Positions 10,633 through 20,538 of a DNA stretch of 64,000 bases are shown piece by piece. The notes under the pieces were generated by a model. The model did no database searches and was not told the origin of the DNA. It was given only the letters and a program-made list of their open reading frames with translations. The translations under genes were made by a program, and so were the position numbers. Source of the stretch: Calditrichia bacterium (GTDB taxonomy: Bacteria > Calditrichota > Calditrichia > RBG-13-44-9 > J075). Every line of letters begins with the position of its first letter. Position 1 is the first letter of the stretch. The stretch is from NCBI GenBank assembly GCA_050633245.1, contig JBOEGD010000002.1, positions 119,006 to 183,005 on the forward strand. The letters are read 5' to 3'.

Positions 10633-10670
10633 AAAAATGATCCTGCCGAAGGTCCGACAGGATCATTTTT
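10633..10670 (-). terminator. Intrinsic terminator after sucD
   Basis: AAAAATGATCCTG...CAGGATCATTTTT inverted repeat with T/A tracts. Confidence 0.75.
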
Positions 10671-10694
10671 AAAGAGTTGATAAGAAAAAGCTAT

Positions 10695-11567
10695 CTAGCT
10701 AATGGCTTTCTTAACGGTGCGCCCAAGATCGGCAGGGCTTTCGCAAACTGTAATACCCGCTGCACGTAACGCCTTCATTTTCTCGGCAGCAGTTCCCTTT
10801 CCGCCACTGATGATAGCGCCGGCATGTCCCATGCGCTTTCCGGGAGGTGCGGTCTGTCCGGCAATAAACGCTACAACCGGCTTGTTGAAGTTTGCCTTCA
10901 CCCATTCGGCTGCTTCTTCTTCTGCTGTTCCACCGATTTCACCGATTACAATTACAGCTTCAGTCTCGTCGTCATCTTTAAAAAGCTTCAGCGCGTCGAT
11001 ATAGCGGGTTCCGATAACCGGGTCGCCACCGATTCCAATACAGGTCGACTGTCCAAGTCCTTCAGTAGTCAACTGATGCACGGCTTCATAGGTAAGCGTT
11101 CCACTACGGCTGATAACGCCAATAGAACCTTCTTTATGAATAAAGGCCGGCATAATTCCCACCTTGCACTTTCCGGGGGAAATAACTCCCGGGCAATTTG
11201 GCCCAATCAGGCGAGTGGGCATATTGCGAAGGCGATCATATACATTCAGCATATCGATTGCGGGAATGCCTTCAGTAATACATACCACTGTTTCAATTCC
11301 GGCATCTGCTGCTTCCAGTATAGCATCGGCGGCAAATGGTGGCGGAACAAAGATCACGGAAACATTTGCCCTGGTTTCTTTTACTGCATCGCGCACTGTG
11401 TTAAATACCGGTACGCTATCCAGCACGGTGTTGCCACCTTTGCCGGGTGTAACACCCGCGACAACCTTGGTGCCATAATCCAGCATCTGTTGGGCATGGA
11501 AAGAGCCTTCCTTGCCGGTAATACCCTGCACACAAACGCGGGTATTCTTATCTACAATCACACTCAT
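10695..11567 (-). CDS. sucD: Succinyl-CoA synthetase alpha subunit
   Basis: [34 protein letters not shown]. Confidence 0.98.
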   Translation of the reverse strand: MSVIVDKNTRVCVQGITGKEGSFHAQQMLDYGTKVVAGVTPGKGGNTVLDSVPVFNTVRDAVKETRANVSVIFVPPPFAADAILEAADAGIETVVCITEGIPAIDMLNVYDRLRNMPTRLIGPNCPGVISPGKCKVGIMPAFIHKEGSIGVISRSGTLTYEAVHQLTTEGLGQSTCIGIGGDPVIGTRYIDALKLFKDDDETEAVIVIGEIGGTAEEEAAEWVKANFNKPVVAFIAGQTAPPGKRMGHAGAIISGGKGTAAEKMKALRAAGITVCESPADLGRTVKKAIS

Positions 11568-11618
11568 GTCTGCTCCTATTTCAAATTTTCATTTTCAAGT
11601 TCATTAGCGATAATGGTT

Positions 11619-12779
11619 TTACTTAATCTGGGCAACTACCTTTTCAGCAGCTTCTTCCAGAGAAGCAGCGACTTCAAAACTCATACCAGAGTTCTTTAGC
11701 AGCTCCCGCGCCTCAATAGCGTTTGTTCCTTCGAGACGCACAACCATAGGCACATTAATATCAATGGATTTTGCAGCTTCAATAATTCCATTGGCTACAC
11801 GGTCGCAGCGAACGATGCCACCAAAGATATTAACCAATACCGCTTTTACGCTGGGATCAGACAGAATGATTTCAAAACCGTTGCGCACTGTTTCTACATT
11901 AGCGCCACCCCCTACATCCAGGAAGTTCGCCGGCATACCGCCAGCGAGCTTAATAATGTCCATTGTTCCCATCGCCAGTCCGGCTCCGTTAACCATACAG
12001 CCGACGTTTCCTTCCAGCTTAATATAATTCAGGTGGAATTCTGAGGCCTTTACTTCCAGCGGATCTTCTTCGCTCACATCACGCATCTCAGCGATATCCT
12101 TGTGGCGATAAAGTGCATTCGAATCAAATCCGATCTTCGCATCCAGAGCCATAACGTCGCCAGACTCGGTAACGACCAGCGGGTTGATTTCCGCCATGGC
12201 AGCATCGGTTGAAACGAAAGCCTTGTACAGACTGAGAATAAACTTGCTTGCGCTGCGAACCTGCGAGCCGGTTAGCCCAAGCTTGAAGGCAATATTACGA
12301 GCCTGAAATGCCTGTAAACCAACGGAGGGTTCTACATATTCTTTGATAATCTTTTCCGGTGTTTCTTCAGCAACGGTCTCAATTTCCACGCCACCCTCGG
12401 TAGATGCCATAATTACCAGCTTGGATTCAGAGCGATCCAGGACGATTCCCAGATAGAGTTCCTGAGCAATATCGACGCCTTCGGCAATCAATACACGGCT
12501 AACATCTTTGCCTTCGGGACCAGTTTGGTGGGTAACCAGATTCATACCAATCATTTTGTCGGCTAACTCGCGAACCTCTTCGGGACTTTTAGCAAGCTTT
12601 ACACCACCACCTTTGCCGCGTCCACCGGCATGAATTTGCGCTTTTACAACAAAGATATCGCCACCCAGCTCCCGAGCGGCTTTTTCAGCTTCATCAGCGG
12701 AAAAAGCTACAATGCCACGCGGTACTGCTACCCCATAGCGCTCCAGAATCTCTTTGGCCTGGTACTCATGAATATTCAT
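11619..12779 (-). CDS. sucC: Succinyl-CoA synthetase beta subunit
   Basis: [39 protein letters not shown]. Confidence 0.98.
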   Translation of the reverse strand: MNIHEYQAKEILERYGVAVPRGIVAFSADEAEKAARELGGDIFVVKAQIHAGGRGKGGGVKLAKSPEEVRELADKMIGMNLVTHQTGPEGKDVSRVLIAEGVDIAQELYLGIVLDRSESKLVIMASTEGGVEIETVAEETPEKIIKEYVEPSVGLQAFQARNIAFKLGLTGSQVRSASKFILSLYKAFVSTDAAMAEINPLVVTESGDVMALDAKIGFDSNALYRHKDIAEMRDVSEEDPLEVKASEFHLNYIKLEGNVGCMVNGAGLAMGTMDIIKLAGGMPANFLDVGGGANVETVRNGFEIILSDPSVKAVLVNIFGGIVRCDRVANGIIEAAKSIDINVPMVVRLEGTNAIEARELLKNSGMSFEVAASLEEAAEKVVAQIK

Positions 12780-12887
12780 AGAGGTTCTCCTGTTAAGTTA
12801 TATACAGTCATCTATATAGTCGAAATTTGTATCGAATCTTCCAATTTAAGAATTTGTCAATGGTTTCTCAACAGAAACCTTAGAAGG

Positions 12888-13838
12888 TTAGTCATTTACA
12901 AGTACGGTTCCCGCTTCTCCACGAACAGCTGCGGCTGAATTTTCGATAGACGTAATAACAACCCGCTTTCCGCCCCCCTGAAGAAAGCGAATAGCTGCAC
13001 GAATTTTCGGCCCCATACTGCCGGCAGGAAAATGCCCTTCATCAAAATAACGCTGCGCCTCACTTACCGTAATCGTTTCCAGCTCCCGCTGATTAGGTTG
13101 ACCAAAGTTGATAGCCACTTTTTCAACGCCTGTCATTATCAGCAAATCTTCAGCGCCAACGTCATTACCCAATACCGCAGATGAAAGATCCTTGTCAATT
13201 ACACCATCTACACCTTCGAGCCAACCATTTTCTTCACGGTACACAGGAATTCCACCACCACCGGCGGCAATAACCACCCTGCCCTGATCCAGCAGCGACT
13301 CTACCAGTTCTTTTTCGATAATCGACAATGGATTGGGAGATGGAACCACGCGACGCCAGCCACGATTCGAATCTTTTTTGATATTCCAATCGCGCTCACT
13401 CATAATCTCTTTAGCGCGTTCTTCCGAATAGAAGGGGCCAACAAATTTAGTAGGATCGGACATGCTCGGATCGTTTTTGTCTACCATAACCTGTGTAAGC
13501 ACACAGGCAACCGAGATCGAGAAACTTCGTTTCAGAAGGACATTCTGTAAACATTGTTCGATCATATAGCCGATTCCCCCTTGCAGATCGGCAACAATAA
13601 CCCCGAGCGGAACCAGCGGCACAATATCTCCGGCGTGTTCGACACGTATAAGGTAGTTACCAACCTGAGGGCCGTTGCCGTGCGTAACGATAACCCGATG
13701 TCCCTGTTCAAGAATATCAGCGACGCCCTCCATACTACTACGCGTGTTCGCAAATTGCTGATGAATACTTCCCTGTTCGCCCTGCTTGTAAATTGCATTC
13801 CCACCCAATGCCACTACCACCGTTTTCTGTGCTGTCAA
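12888..13838 (-). CDS. arcC: Carbamate kinase
   Basis: VVALGGNA, THGNGPQVG, PTKFVGPFY, WRRVVPSP, GSMGPKI. Confidence 0.95.
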   Translation of the reverse strand: MTAQKTVVVALGGNAIYKQGEQGSIHQQFANTRSSMEGVADILEQGHRVIVTHGNGPQVGNYLIRVEHAGDIVPLVPLGVIVADLQGGIGYMIEQCLQNVLLKRSFSISVACVLTQVMVDKNDPSMSDPTKFVGPFYSEERAKEIMSERDWNIKKDSNRGWRRVVPSPNPLSIIEKELVESLLDQGRVVIAAGGGGIPVYREENGWLEGVDGVIDKDLSSAVLGNDVGAEDLLIMTGVEKVAINFGQPNQRELETITVSEAQRYFDEGHFPAGSMGPKIRAAIRFLQGGGKRVVITSIENSAAAVRGEAGTVLVND

Positions 13839-14249
13839 GGCTCGTCCTCCATAAGTCGTTTAGTTGTATCCCATTGTGAGAGGTCGGAATATATATCGAC
13901 ATTTAGTAAGATAAAATGATATTTATCCTTTCAGGCGCAATCGAAAAAGTAATAGCAAAAACTAGTCGTTCAGGAAAACATTTACCATTCAACGCTATCA
14001 CACAAATTGGGCATACAGGAATGAAAAAACGGGTCGATAATAAACCCTGATGCAATTGTTCAAAAAAGTAATAAAAAAATACTCAATTACTGGCAATTGC
14101 CGTCGATAGTAGCAATACCGATTAAAGCCCCAGTGATCTATTAAATTTCCAGTTATTTTTTCATGCCTGAGAGCAGTGCGAATGGGATGCGTACACGCGT
14201 CATCAGGTGGGCTTATTATAGGGATTTATACCATAGGGAGGTAGTATCA

Positions 14250-14435
14250 ATGATTTCGTCAGATGAAATGGAATTCGATTATGTTGCGCAGGGAATGTGG
14301 GACGATGCGGATGAATGTCACACGAATGAAGAGTATGATGTTCAGCGTTGTCCAACGTGCGGTTCAACGCTGGTTTCAGATGGAGAACAAGAACGCTGTT
14401 CATTTATTATGTGCGACTTTACTCGACCAAAGTAA
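14250..14435 (+). CDS. Small acidic protein with a C-terminal zinc ribbon
   Basis: GGGAGG RBS before ATG 14250; CPTCG...CSFIMC; followed directly by a terminator hairpin. Confidence 0.6.
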   Translation: MISSDEMEFDYVAQGMWDDADECHTNEEYDVQRCPTCGSTLVSDGEQERCSFIMCDFTRPK

Positions 14436-14451
14436 GCAGAAAACGAATTTT

Positions 14452-14483
14452 AAAGAGGTTGCTCAATTTTGAGCAGCCTCTTT
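14452..14483. terminator. Bidirectional intrinsic terminator between convergent genes
   Basis: AAAGAGGTTGCTCAA-TT-TTGAGCAGCCTCTTT hairpin. Confidence 0.75.
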
Positions 14484-14486
14484 TGC

Positions 14487-14840
14487 TTAATACTGCCCTA
14501 CCGAGCTATCTACATCATTGGCATATGCGGCAATGCCTCCAGCCATATTCAGCACGTTGCTCCAGCCCTGATTTGAAAGCCAAACCGTTACCTGTGCACT
14601 GCGAATACCATGGTGACACATCACAATAACCGGCGCGTCCTTGCTTAATTCAGCTGGTAAACTATCCGGGCCTTCACTTGCAAGCTTACTCAACGGAACC
14701 TCTATCACTCTGGAATGTTTGATACGTGCGCGACGAAACTCCATTTCCTCTCGCACATCCAGAATCCAAGAAGCTTCGTTTTCCATTTGCAGTGCCGCAT
14801 CAGCGGCACTTATTTCTTCTGCTCCATACGGATTGGGCAT
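14487..14840 (-). CDS. Rhodanese-like domain protein
   Basis: ILDVREEME, VMCHHGIRS, NMAGGIAAY; probable start MPNPYG at 14840. Confidence 0.9.
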   Translation of the reverse strand: MPNPYGAEEISAADAALQMENEASWILDVREEMEFRRARIKHSRVIEVPLSKLASEGPDSLPAELSKDAPVIVMCHHGIRSAQVTVWLSNQGWSNVLNMAGGIAAYANDVDSSVGQY

Positions 14841-14863
14841 CGTCTTTTTCCATTCATCGTGGA

Positions 14864-15634
14864 TCAGGTGATTTTTTCGCTGGCCTGAATAATTTTCCAA
14901 AAGCTTGAGACATCGAGACAGGCTCCGCCAACCAGCGCGCCATCGATATCAGGCTGACTTAGCAAACCGGCGGCATTGTCAGGCTTCACGCTTCCACCAT
15001 AAAGAAGACTGGTTTTCTTACCAACGCCTTCGCCAAAGAGTGCGTCAAGCATTTCACGAATAAACGCATGGACTTCCTGAGCTTGCTCCGGGGTTGCAAC
15101 TTTACCGGTTCCGATGGCCCAAACAGGTTCATAAGCTATTACCAACTGCTTCATATTGGCAGGAGTCAGATTCTTCAGGTCCCATTCTATCTGGTTCAAA
15201 ACGATATCTCGCGTAAGCTTTTGTTTACGATGCTCTAAGGTCTCACCTACGCAGTGAATCACTTTCAGCTTATTATCCAGTGCCAGCTTTATCTTTTTCG
15301 CTAACATTCCGGCATCTTCTTTAAAGAAAGCACGGCGTTCAGAGTGTCCAACCAACGTGTATTTTGCACCGGCATTCTTCACCATCTTGGCTGAGACTTC
15401 ACCGGTTATCGCACCTTCGGCTTCCCAGGCGATGTTCTGAGCACCAGTAAGCAGCTTACTTCCCTTGGCAGATTCAGCGACTTTTGCCAAAGCGGTTGCG
15501 GGTGGACAGATAATAACACGAGTTTGCGCAGGTGGCTTCTTTTCCATCCTGCCAAGTAATTGCTTCGTCAGCCGCACACCTTCCGGAATCGTCTTGTGCA
15601 TCTTCCAGTTTCCGGCTATGATTTTTTGAGCCAT
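14864..15634 (-). CDS. tpiA: Triosephosphate isomerase
   Basis: IAGNWKM, GHSERR, AYEPVWAIGTG, LYGGSVK. Confidence 0.98.
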   Translation of the reverse strand: MAQKIIAGNWKMHKTIPEGVRLTKQLLGRMEKKPPAQTRVIICPPATALAKVAESAKGSKLLTGAQNIAWEAEGAITGEVSAKMVKNAGAKYTLVGHSERRAFFKEDAGMLAKKIKLALDNKLKVIHCVGETLEHRKQKLTRDIVLNQIEWDLKNLTPANMKQLVIAYEPVWAIGTGKVATPEQAQEVHAFIREMLDALFGEGVGKKTSLLYGGSVKPDNAAGLLSQPDIDGALVGGACLDVSSFWKIIQASEKIT

Positions 15635-15669
15635 TTCTACTCCTTGTAAAATGTCGGTGATACAAATGT

Positions 15670-16866
15670 CTATTTTTCGGTTAGCGCGGCTACGCCTGGA
15701 AGCGTTTTACCTTCGAGAAATTCCAGGGATGCCCCACCTCCGGTAGACACATGCGACAAGCGATCTTCCAGGTTAAATTTTTTCACTGCTGCTGCAGAGT
15801 CTCCGCCTCCGACAATAGTGGTTGCGCCTTTATCGGTTATCTCAGCTAAAAAATGGGCTATAGATTCGGTCCCTTTCGCAAAATCCGGAATTTCGAAAAC
15901 GCCCATCGGGCCGTTCCAGACAATCGTCTTTGCCGTTGAGAGAATCTCTTTAAAGCGTTCGATGGATTTTGGGCCGATATCCACACCAATGCGATCAGCA
16001 GGAAATTCGTGAACGGCTACAGCTTTTGTATCCGCACCTTCTTCGAATCGATCGGCAGCAAGCACATCAACCGGCAATTCCAGAGACGTGCTACTATCCT
16101 GTGATTTTGCCAGAATACTCTTTGCCATATCCAAGCGCTCAACTTCAAGCAGCGATTTACCAATTTCCCAACCATGCGCTTTATAAAATGTAAAAATCAT
16201 ACCGCCGCCAATCACCAACGCGTCTGTCTTGCCAAGCAGATGTTCAATTACATCAATCTTACCAGAGATTTTTGCTCCCCCGAGAATAGCAACAAACGGT
16301 CGCTGCGGGTTTTCCAAAGCTTCGCCCAAATACTTTAGTTCTTTCTGCATCAGATATCCCGCGGCGCAGGTATCAAAATGAGTCGTAACGCCTGCGGTTG
16401 AGGCATGGGCGCGGTGAGCTGTGCCAAAAGCATCGTTCACATAGCAATCGCAGCCTTCAGCCAGCTGTTTAGCAAAAGAAGCATCATTTGACGTTTCACC
16501 AGCGTGAAAGCGTAGGTTTTCCAGCAGTAACACATCGCCATCCTGCAGCGTCTTTTTTAGTGCCAGCACATCACTGCCAACACAATCATTGGCAAAACGA
16601 ACCTGCCGATCCAACAGCATCGCCAGATGTTCAGCAACAGGCTGCAGGGAATAAGCTGCATCTTTTTTTCCCTTGGGTCGTCCCAGATGAGAACAAAGAA
16701 CGGCGCGCCCACCATCGGCAATAATTTTTTGAATAGACGGCAAAGCAGCGCGAATGCGCAAATCATCGGTAATAGTTCCGTCATCATCTAGTGGAACGTT
16801 GAAATCTACGCGCATCAGCACGCTTTTTCCACGCAGGTTTAAATCGTCAATAGACATTTTGGCCAT
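15670..16866 (-). CDS. pgk: Phosphoglycerate kinase
   Basis: RVDFNVPL, SHLGRPKG, NDAFGTAHRAHAS, STGGGASLE; start MAKMSID at 16866. Confidence 0.98.
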   Translation of the reverse strand: MAKMSIDDLNLRGKSVLMRVDFNVPLDDDGTITDDLRIRAALPSIQKIIADGGRAVLCSHLGRPKGKKDAAYSLQPVAEHLAMLLDRQVRFANDCVGSDVLALKKTLQDGDVLLLENLRFHAGETSNDASFAKQLAEGCDCYVNDAFGTAHRAHASTAGVTTHFDTCAAGYLMQKELKYLGEALENPQRPFVAILGGAKISGKIDVIEHLLGKTDALVIGGGMIFTFYKAHGWEIGKSLLEVERLDMAKSILAKSQDSSTSLELPVDVLAADRFEEGADTKAVAVHEFPADRIGVDIGPKSIERFKEILSTAKTIVWNGPMGVFEIPDFAKGTESIAHFLAEITDKGATTIVGGGDSAAAVKKFNLEDRLSHVSTGGGASLEFLEGKTLPGVAALTEK

Positions 16867-16896
16867 TGCAAGTTCCCCGGCTGTGTTTTTCATAAG

Positions 16897-16931
16897 CTTT
16901 CCCGAAGGTGAATAATCCACCTTCGGGAAAG
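16897..16931 (-). terminator. Strong stem-loop between gap and pgk (attenuator or mRNA stabiliser)
   Basis: CTTTCCCGAAGGTG-N7-CACCTTCGGGAAAG perfect inverted repeat. Confidence 0.6.
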
Positions 16932-16960
16932 AAACTATAGAAGTAAGTGAGAAGAGTGGT

Positions 16961-17962
16961 TTACAGTGATGCCATCTTTTTCAAAATGTCTACTGTACGC
17001 TTGGAGTATCCCCACTCATTATCGTACCAAGTAACAATTTTCAGTAAATTTCCACCCATTACTTTGGTAGAAAGTGCGTCAATGATACTGGAATGTGGAT
17101 TGTCGATAATATCAGTCGAAACGATCGGGTCTTCACATACTTCAAGAACACCTTTCATCGGTCCGCTGGCGGCCTTTTTCAGCGCATTATTTACTTCTTC
17201 GGCAGTCACATCTTTATCCAGCTCGGCAACCAGGTCTACCAAAGAGCCGTCTGCTACCGGTACACGCATTGCCATTCCATCCAGCTTGCCTTTCAAATCC
17301 GGAATAACCAGACCTACCGCTTTTGCAGCACCCGTTGTGGTAGGAATAATATTCTGAGCTGCAGCACGGGCACGACGCAGGTCTTTGTGTGGTGCATCCA
17401 AAGTATGCTGATCATTTGTGTATCCGTGAATCGTTGTCATCCAGCCGCGGCGAATACCAAAAGTATCATTCAAAACCTTTGCCATCGGGGCCAGGCAGTT
17501 TGTGGTACATGACGCGTTCGAAACCAGCTTGTGTTCAGGTTTCAAGATCTCGTCGTTCACACCCAGTACAACCGTTGCATCCATTTCATCTTTTGCGGGG
17601 GCAGAAAGCAGCACTTTCTTTGCACCAGCTTCCAAATGCAGACTCATCCCCTTGCGGTTGGCGAACACACCAGTCGCTTCAATAACAACGTCGATATTCA
17701 TTTCTTTCCACGGCAGCTGCAGCGGGTCGCGCTCGGTGAACATCTTAACGCGACGGTCACCCGCGATGAGCGTATCTCCATCCAGCGAGACCGGAACGGG
17801 ATAACGACCATGAATAGAGTCATACTTCAACAGGTGAGTCATTGTCTTATTATCAGCAAGATCGTTAAGAGCAACAATCTCAATATCTGAATCATTTTGC
17901 ATTGCCTTGAAAGCAAGGCGCCCAATTCTTCCGAATCCGTTAATTGCTACGCGAATAGACAT
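16961..17962 (-). CDS. gap: Glyceraldehyde-3-phosphate dehydrogenase, type I
   Basis: INGFGRIGR, SNASCTTNCLAP, WYDNEWGYS. Confidence 0.98.
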   Translation of the reverse strand: MSIRVAINGFGRIGRLAFKAMQNDSDIEIVALNDLADNKTMTHLLKYDSIHGRYPVPVSLDGDTLIAGDRRVKMFTERDPLQLPWKEMNIDVVIEATGVFANRKGMSLHLEAGAKKVLLSAPAKDEMDATVVLGVNDEILKPEHKLVSNASCTTNCLAPMAKVLNDTFGIRRGWMTTIHGYTNDQHTLDAPHKDLRRARAAAQNIIPTTTGAAKAVGLVIPDLKGKLDGMAMRVPVADGSLVDLVAELDKDVTAEEVNNALKKAASGPMKGVLEVCEDPIVSTDIIDNPHSSIIDALSTKVMGGNLLKIVTWYDNEWGYSKRTVDILKKMASL

Positions 17963-18079
17963 ATGTTTCCCCTTTACAGGATGAAGGTAATTGTTCGTTT
18001 TATTAAAGATTTTAGTATTGTTTTGTCAGTAATAATTCCATTACAAATGCGTTCATAAGGAACTTAAAAAGAAGTTATC

Positions 18080-18108
18080 AATATATCTACTATGCAATTT
18101 TTTTGCAA
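18080..18108 (-). promoter_or_regulatory. Putative sigma70-type promoter of gap-pgk-tpiA
   Basis: TTGCAA-N17-TATATT on the minus strand; the same pattern occurs upstream of aspS and parA. Confidence 0.5.
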
Positions 18109-18542
18109 GCCGGATTAGTGAATTTTGCTTGATTATGCCCCTACATTCAGGTTAAGTTATTTCTTCTCAACAAGTAGAGTCTCATAAGCCGCAAAGATAA
18201 TTTTTACTTTAAAAAATGGATAATGTGACTCATAACGGATTATCCAGCAGGTAAATTCACCATATTTATCTCCGATACGCTTAGAAAAGGTATCACTTAA
18301 TGCAATCTGACAAATCGGAACGGTAAACGGATCTTAAATTCCTGCTGTAAAGTTCATTTTAAGCACGCCGACTATTTAACAGGATCGGTAAAAATGTCCG
18401 AAAGATTACTTTGCCCGATCCAAAAGCAGTATTTATTATGAAGAAGAACGTCTTAATGTGGCAAGGTAGTCACAAACTGTCGGCGATGGAGCGGAGCGGC
18501 AAGACGGTATTGACATATGCTACCCATTTCAGGAGGTTTTCA

Positions 18543-19367
18543 ATGCGCCTTTTTTTCGTCGCAACTCTATTAATTTTCCTTTCTGCCTGCAGCTCTAAAA
18601 CGGTAAAAGAGAATATCCCCGAAGAGCAGGTTCCAACAAGTCTACTTGAATTGGGTGATACATACTACTCCGAAGGAAGCTACGAAAATGCTTTTCGCGC
18701 TTATGGGAGTATTTATAACAACTATCCCACCAGTCGTGAATATATTGATGCCGCTATCGGTTTGAGTAAGACCTACGGCAAGCTGGAAAACTATGAGAAG
18801 GAATTTGACATTCTCTACTCATTACTGCGTGAAAATCTGATTCCTTCAAAAGTGCCCCACGTTTACAATGCCATCGCCGAGTTTTATGAGGAAAGCGCCG
18901 GTATATCCGAGCAGCTTACCGGTGAAGGATCAGGAGATTATCTTACGGCAATAAACTATTTTGATAAAGCAATCAAATATCCAAATAGTGAAGACCTTTC
19001 CGCAAAGGGATATGCGCAGTTTAAGATTGGTCAGGTTCATGAGAGGCTAAGAAACTACAATGAAGCAATTACCGCCTACAAAGGCACTATGAGCACCTAC
19101 AGCGAAACCGAATGGGCAAATAAAGCAGAAGAGAACATCGCTTCTATTGAGGATCGTGTTCGCATGCGCAGAGAGTTCGAACAAGACGGTCTGCTACCGA
19201 CCAGTGAGACTCCGATGAGCACCAACGGCAGCATGGAAGAGGCCATGGCTGAAGGTGAGACTAACGGCAAAGAAGCGATGAGCAATTTGGTCCCGCAAAC
19301 AGAGGACGTGTTGCAAGACAGCACGATGACGCCTTCTGTGCCCGATAGTACCTCAGAAATAAAGTAA
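18543..19367 (+). CDS. TPR lipoprotein (BamD/CpoB-like TPRs) with an acidic disordered tail
   Basis: AGGAGG RBS, MRLFF...LSA-C lipobox, TPR helices (LLELGDTYY, AQFKIGQVH). Confidence 0.85.
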   Translation: MRLFFVATLLIFLSACSSKTVKENIPEEQVPTSLLELGDTYYSEGSYENAFRAYGSIYNNYPTSREYIDAAIGLSKTYGKLENYEKEFDILYSLLRENLIPSKVPHVYNAIAEFYEESAGISEQLTGEGSGDYLTAINYFDKAIKYPNSEDLSAKGYAQFKIGQVHERLRNYNEAITAYKGTMSTYSETEWANKAEENIASIEDRVRMRREFEQDGLLPTSETPMSTNGSMEEAMAEGETNGKEAMSNLVPQTEDVLQDSTMTPSVPDSTSEIK

Positions 19368-19422
19368 CCCCCCTTCGCCTGCTGTGTGTCCAATATGCAG
19401 CAGGCAAATTGAAAGACTATCA

Positions 19423-20451
19423 ATGGAATTAACACCGCAATTTCTGGAAAAGCTTCCAAAGACAGATTTACATGTACACCTCGATGGATGCCTGCGCATC
19501 CCCACTCTTATCGACCTTGCTGCCAAACAAAACGTCGAGCTGCCTTCGACAAACCCAAAGGCTCTGGCCAAATATGTAATGACTGGCAAGAACTGTAAAA
19601 ACCTCGGTGAGTATTTGCAGGGTTTCGACATCACGTTGTCCGTTTTACAGGAAGCCGAGGCACTCTACCGGGTTGCCTACGAGCTGGCAGAAGACGCGGC
19701 AAAAGAGAACGTTTGGTATATGGAGGTTCGCTACTCCCCCATCCTGCATACGCAAAAAGGAATGAGCCTCACAACTATTGTGGATGCCGTTTTGCAGGGA
19801 TTGGCAGATGCTGAAAAGGCCTTCAATATTAAAACCGGCGTAATAATCTGCGGCATGCGGAACATCAACCCGGAGACCTCTCTAATGCTCGCAGAACTGG
19901 CCGTCGCATATAAAAATCGCGGTGTGGTGGCTTTTGACCTCGCCGGACAGGAAGAAAGCTATCCCGCCAAGGACCACAAGGAAGCCTATTATCTGATTCG
20001 CAATAACAATATCAATACAACCGCTCATGCCGGAGAAGCTTTTGGCGCGGAGAGTATTCATCAGGCGATTCACTACTGCGGTGCACATCGTATTGGACAT
20101 GGAACCCGTTTATTTGAGAATGGCGACTTGTTGAACTACTGTAACGATCATCGTATTCCGCTCGAGATTTGCTTGCTCAGCAACATTCAAACCGGCGCCT
20201 CCCCTTCTCTGGAAAGACATCCGCTAAAATTGTATTACAATTACGGATTGCGCGTCTGCATCAACACCGACAATCGCCTTATATCAGATACCACAGTGAG
20301 CAATGAGTATTATCTTGCTGCCAAACATCTTGGTTTTCAACTGGACGATATCAAGAATATTATTATTGATGGATTTAAAAGCGCTTTCCTGCCGAAGAGA
20401 ACCCGCTCGGTATTGCTTCAGCAAGTAACAACTGAGCTGGCAAAATACTAG
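19423..20451 (+). CDS. add: Adenosine deaminase
   Basis: PKTDLHVHLDG, HAGE, RIGHG, NTDNRL. Confidence 0.93.
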   Translation: MELTPQFLEKLPKTDLHVHLDGCLRIPTLIDLAAKQNVELPSTNPKALAKYVMTGKNCKNLGEYLQGFDITLSVLQEAEALYRVAYELAEDAAKENVWYMEVRYSPILHTQKGMSLTTIVDAVLQGLADAEKAFNIKTGVIICGMRNINPETSLMLAELAVAYKNRGVVAFDLAGQEESYPAKDHKEAYYLIRNNNINTTAHAGEAFGAESIHQAIHYCGAHRIGHGTRLFENGDLLNYCNDHRIPLEICLLSNIQTGASPSLERHPLKLYYNYGLRVCINTDNRLISDTTVSNEYYLAAKHLGFQLDDIKNIIIDGFKSAFLPKRTRSVLLQQVTTELAKY

Positions 20452-20477
20452 CCCTTTTCCAAACATCTATCGCGAAC

Positions 20478-20514
20478 AAAAAAAGAGCCTGCTCAAAATG
20501 AACAGGCTCTTTTT
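20478..20514. terminator. Bidirectional terminator between add and secA
   Basis: AAAAAAAGAGCCTG...CAGGCTCTTTTT. Confidence 0.8.
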
Positions 20515-20538
20515 AATTCGCAATAATGCTGCGGCAGT

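Noticed and set aside
18380-18425. c-di-GMP-I riboswitch (GAAA-capped hairpin, GGCAAA-like sequence)
   Set aside because: The GACGCAAAG junction and second stem are not present.
17963-18542. Replication origin in the AT-rich intergenic region
   Set aside because: Only two imperfect TTATCCA boxes; no DnaA-box cluster and no dnaA, dnaN or gidA nearby.
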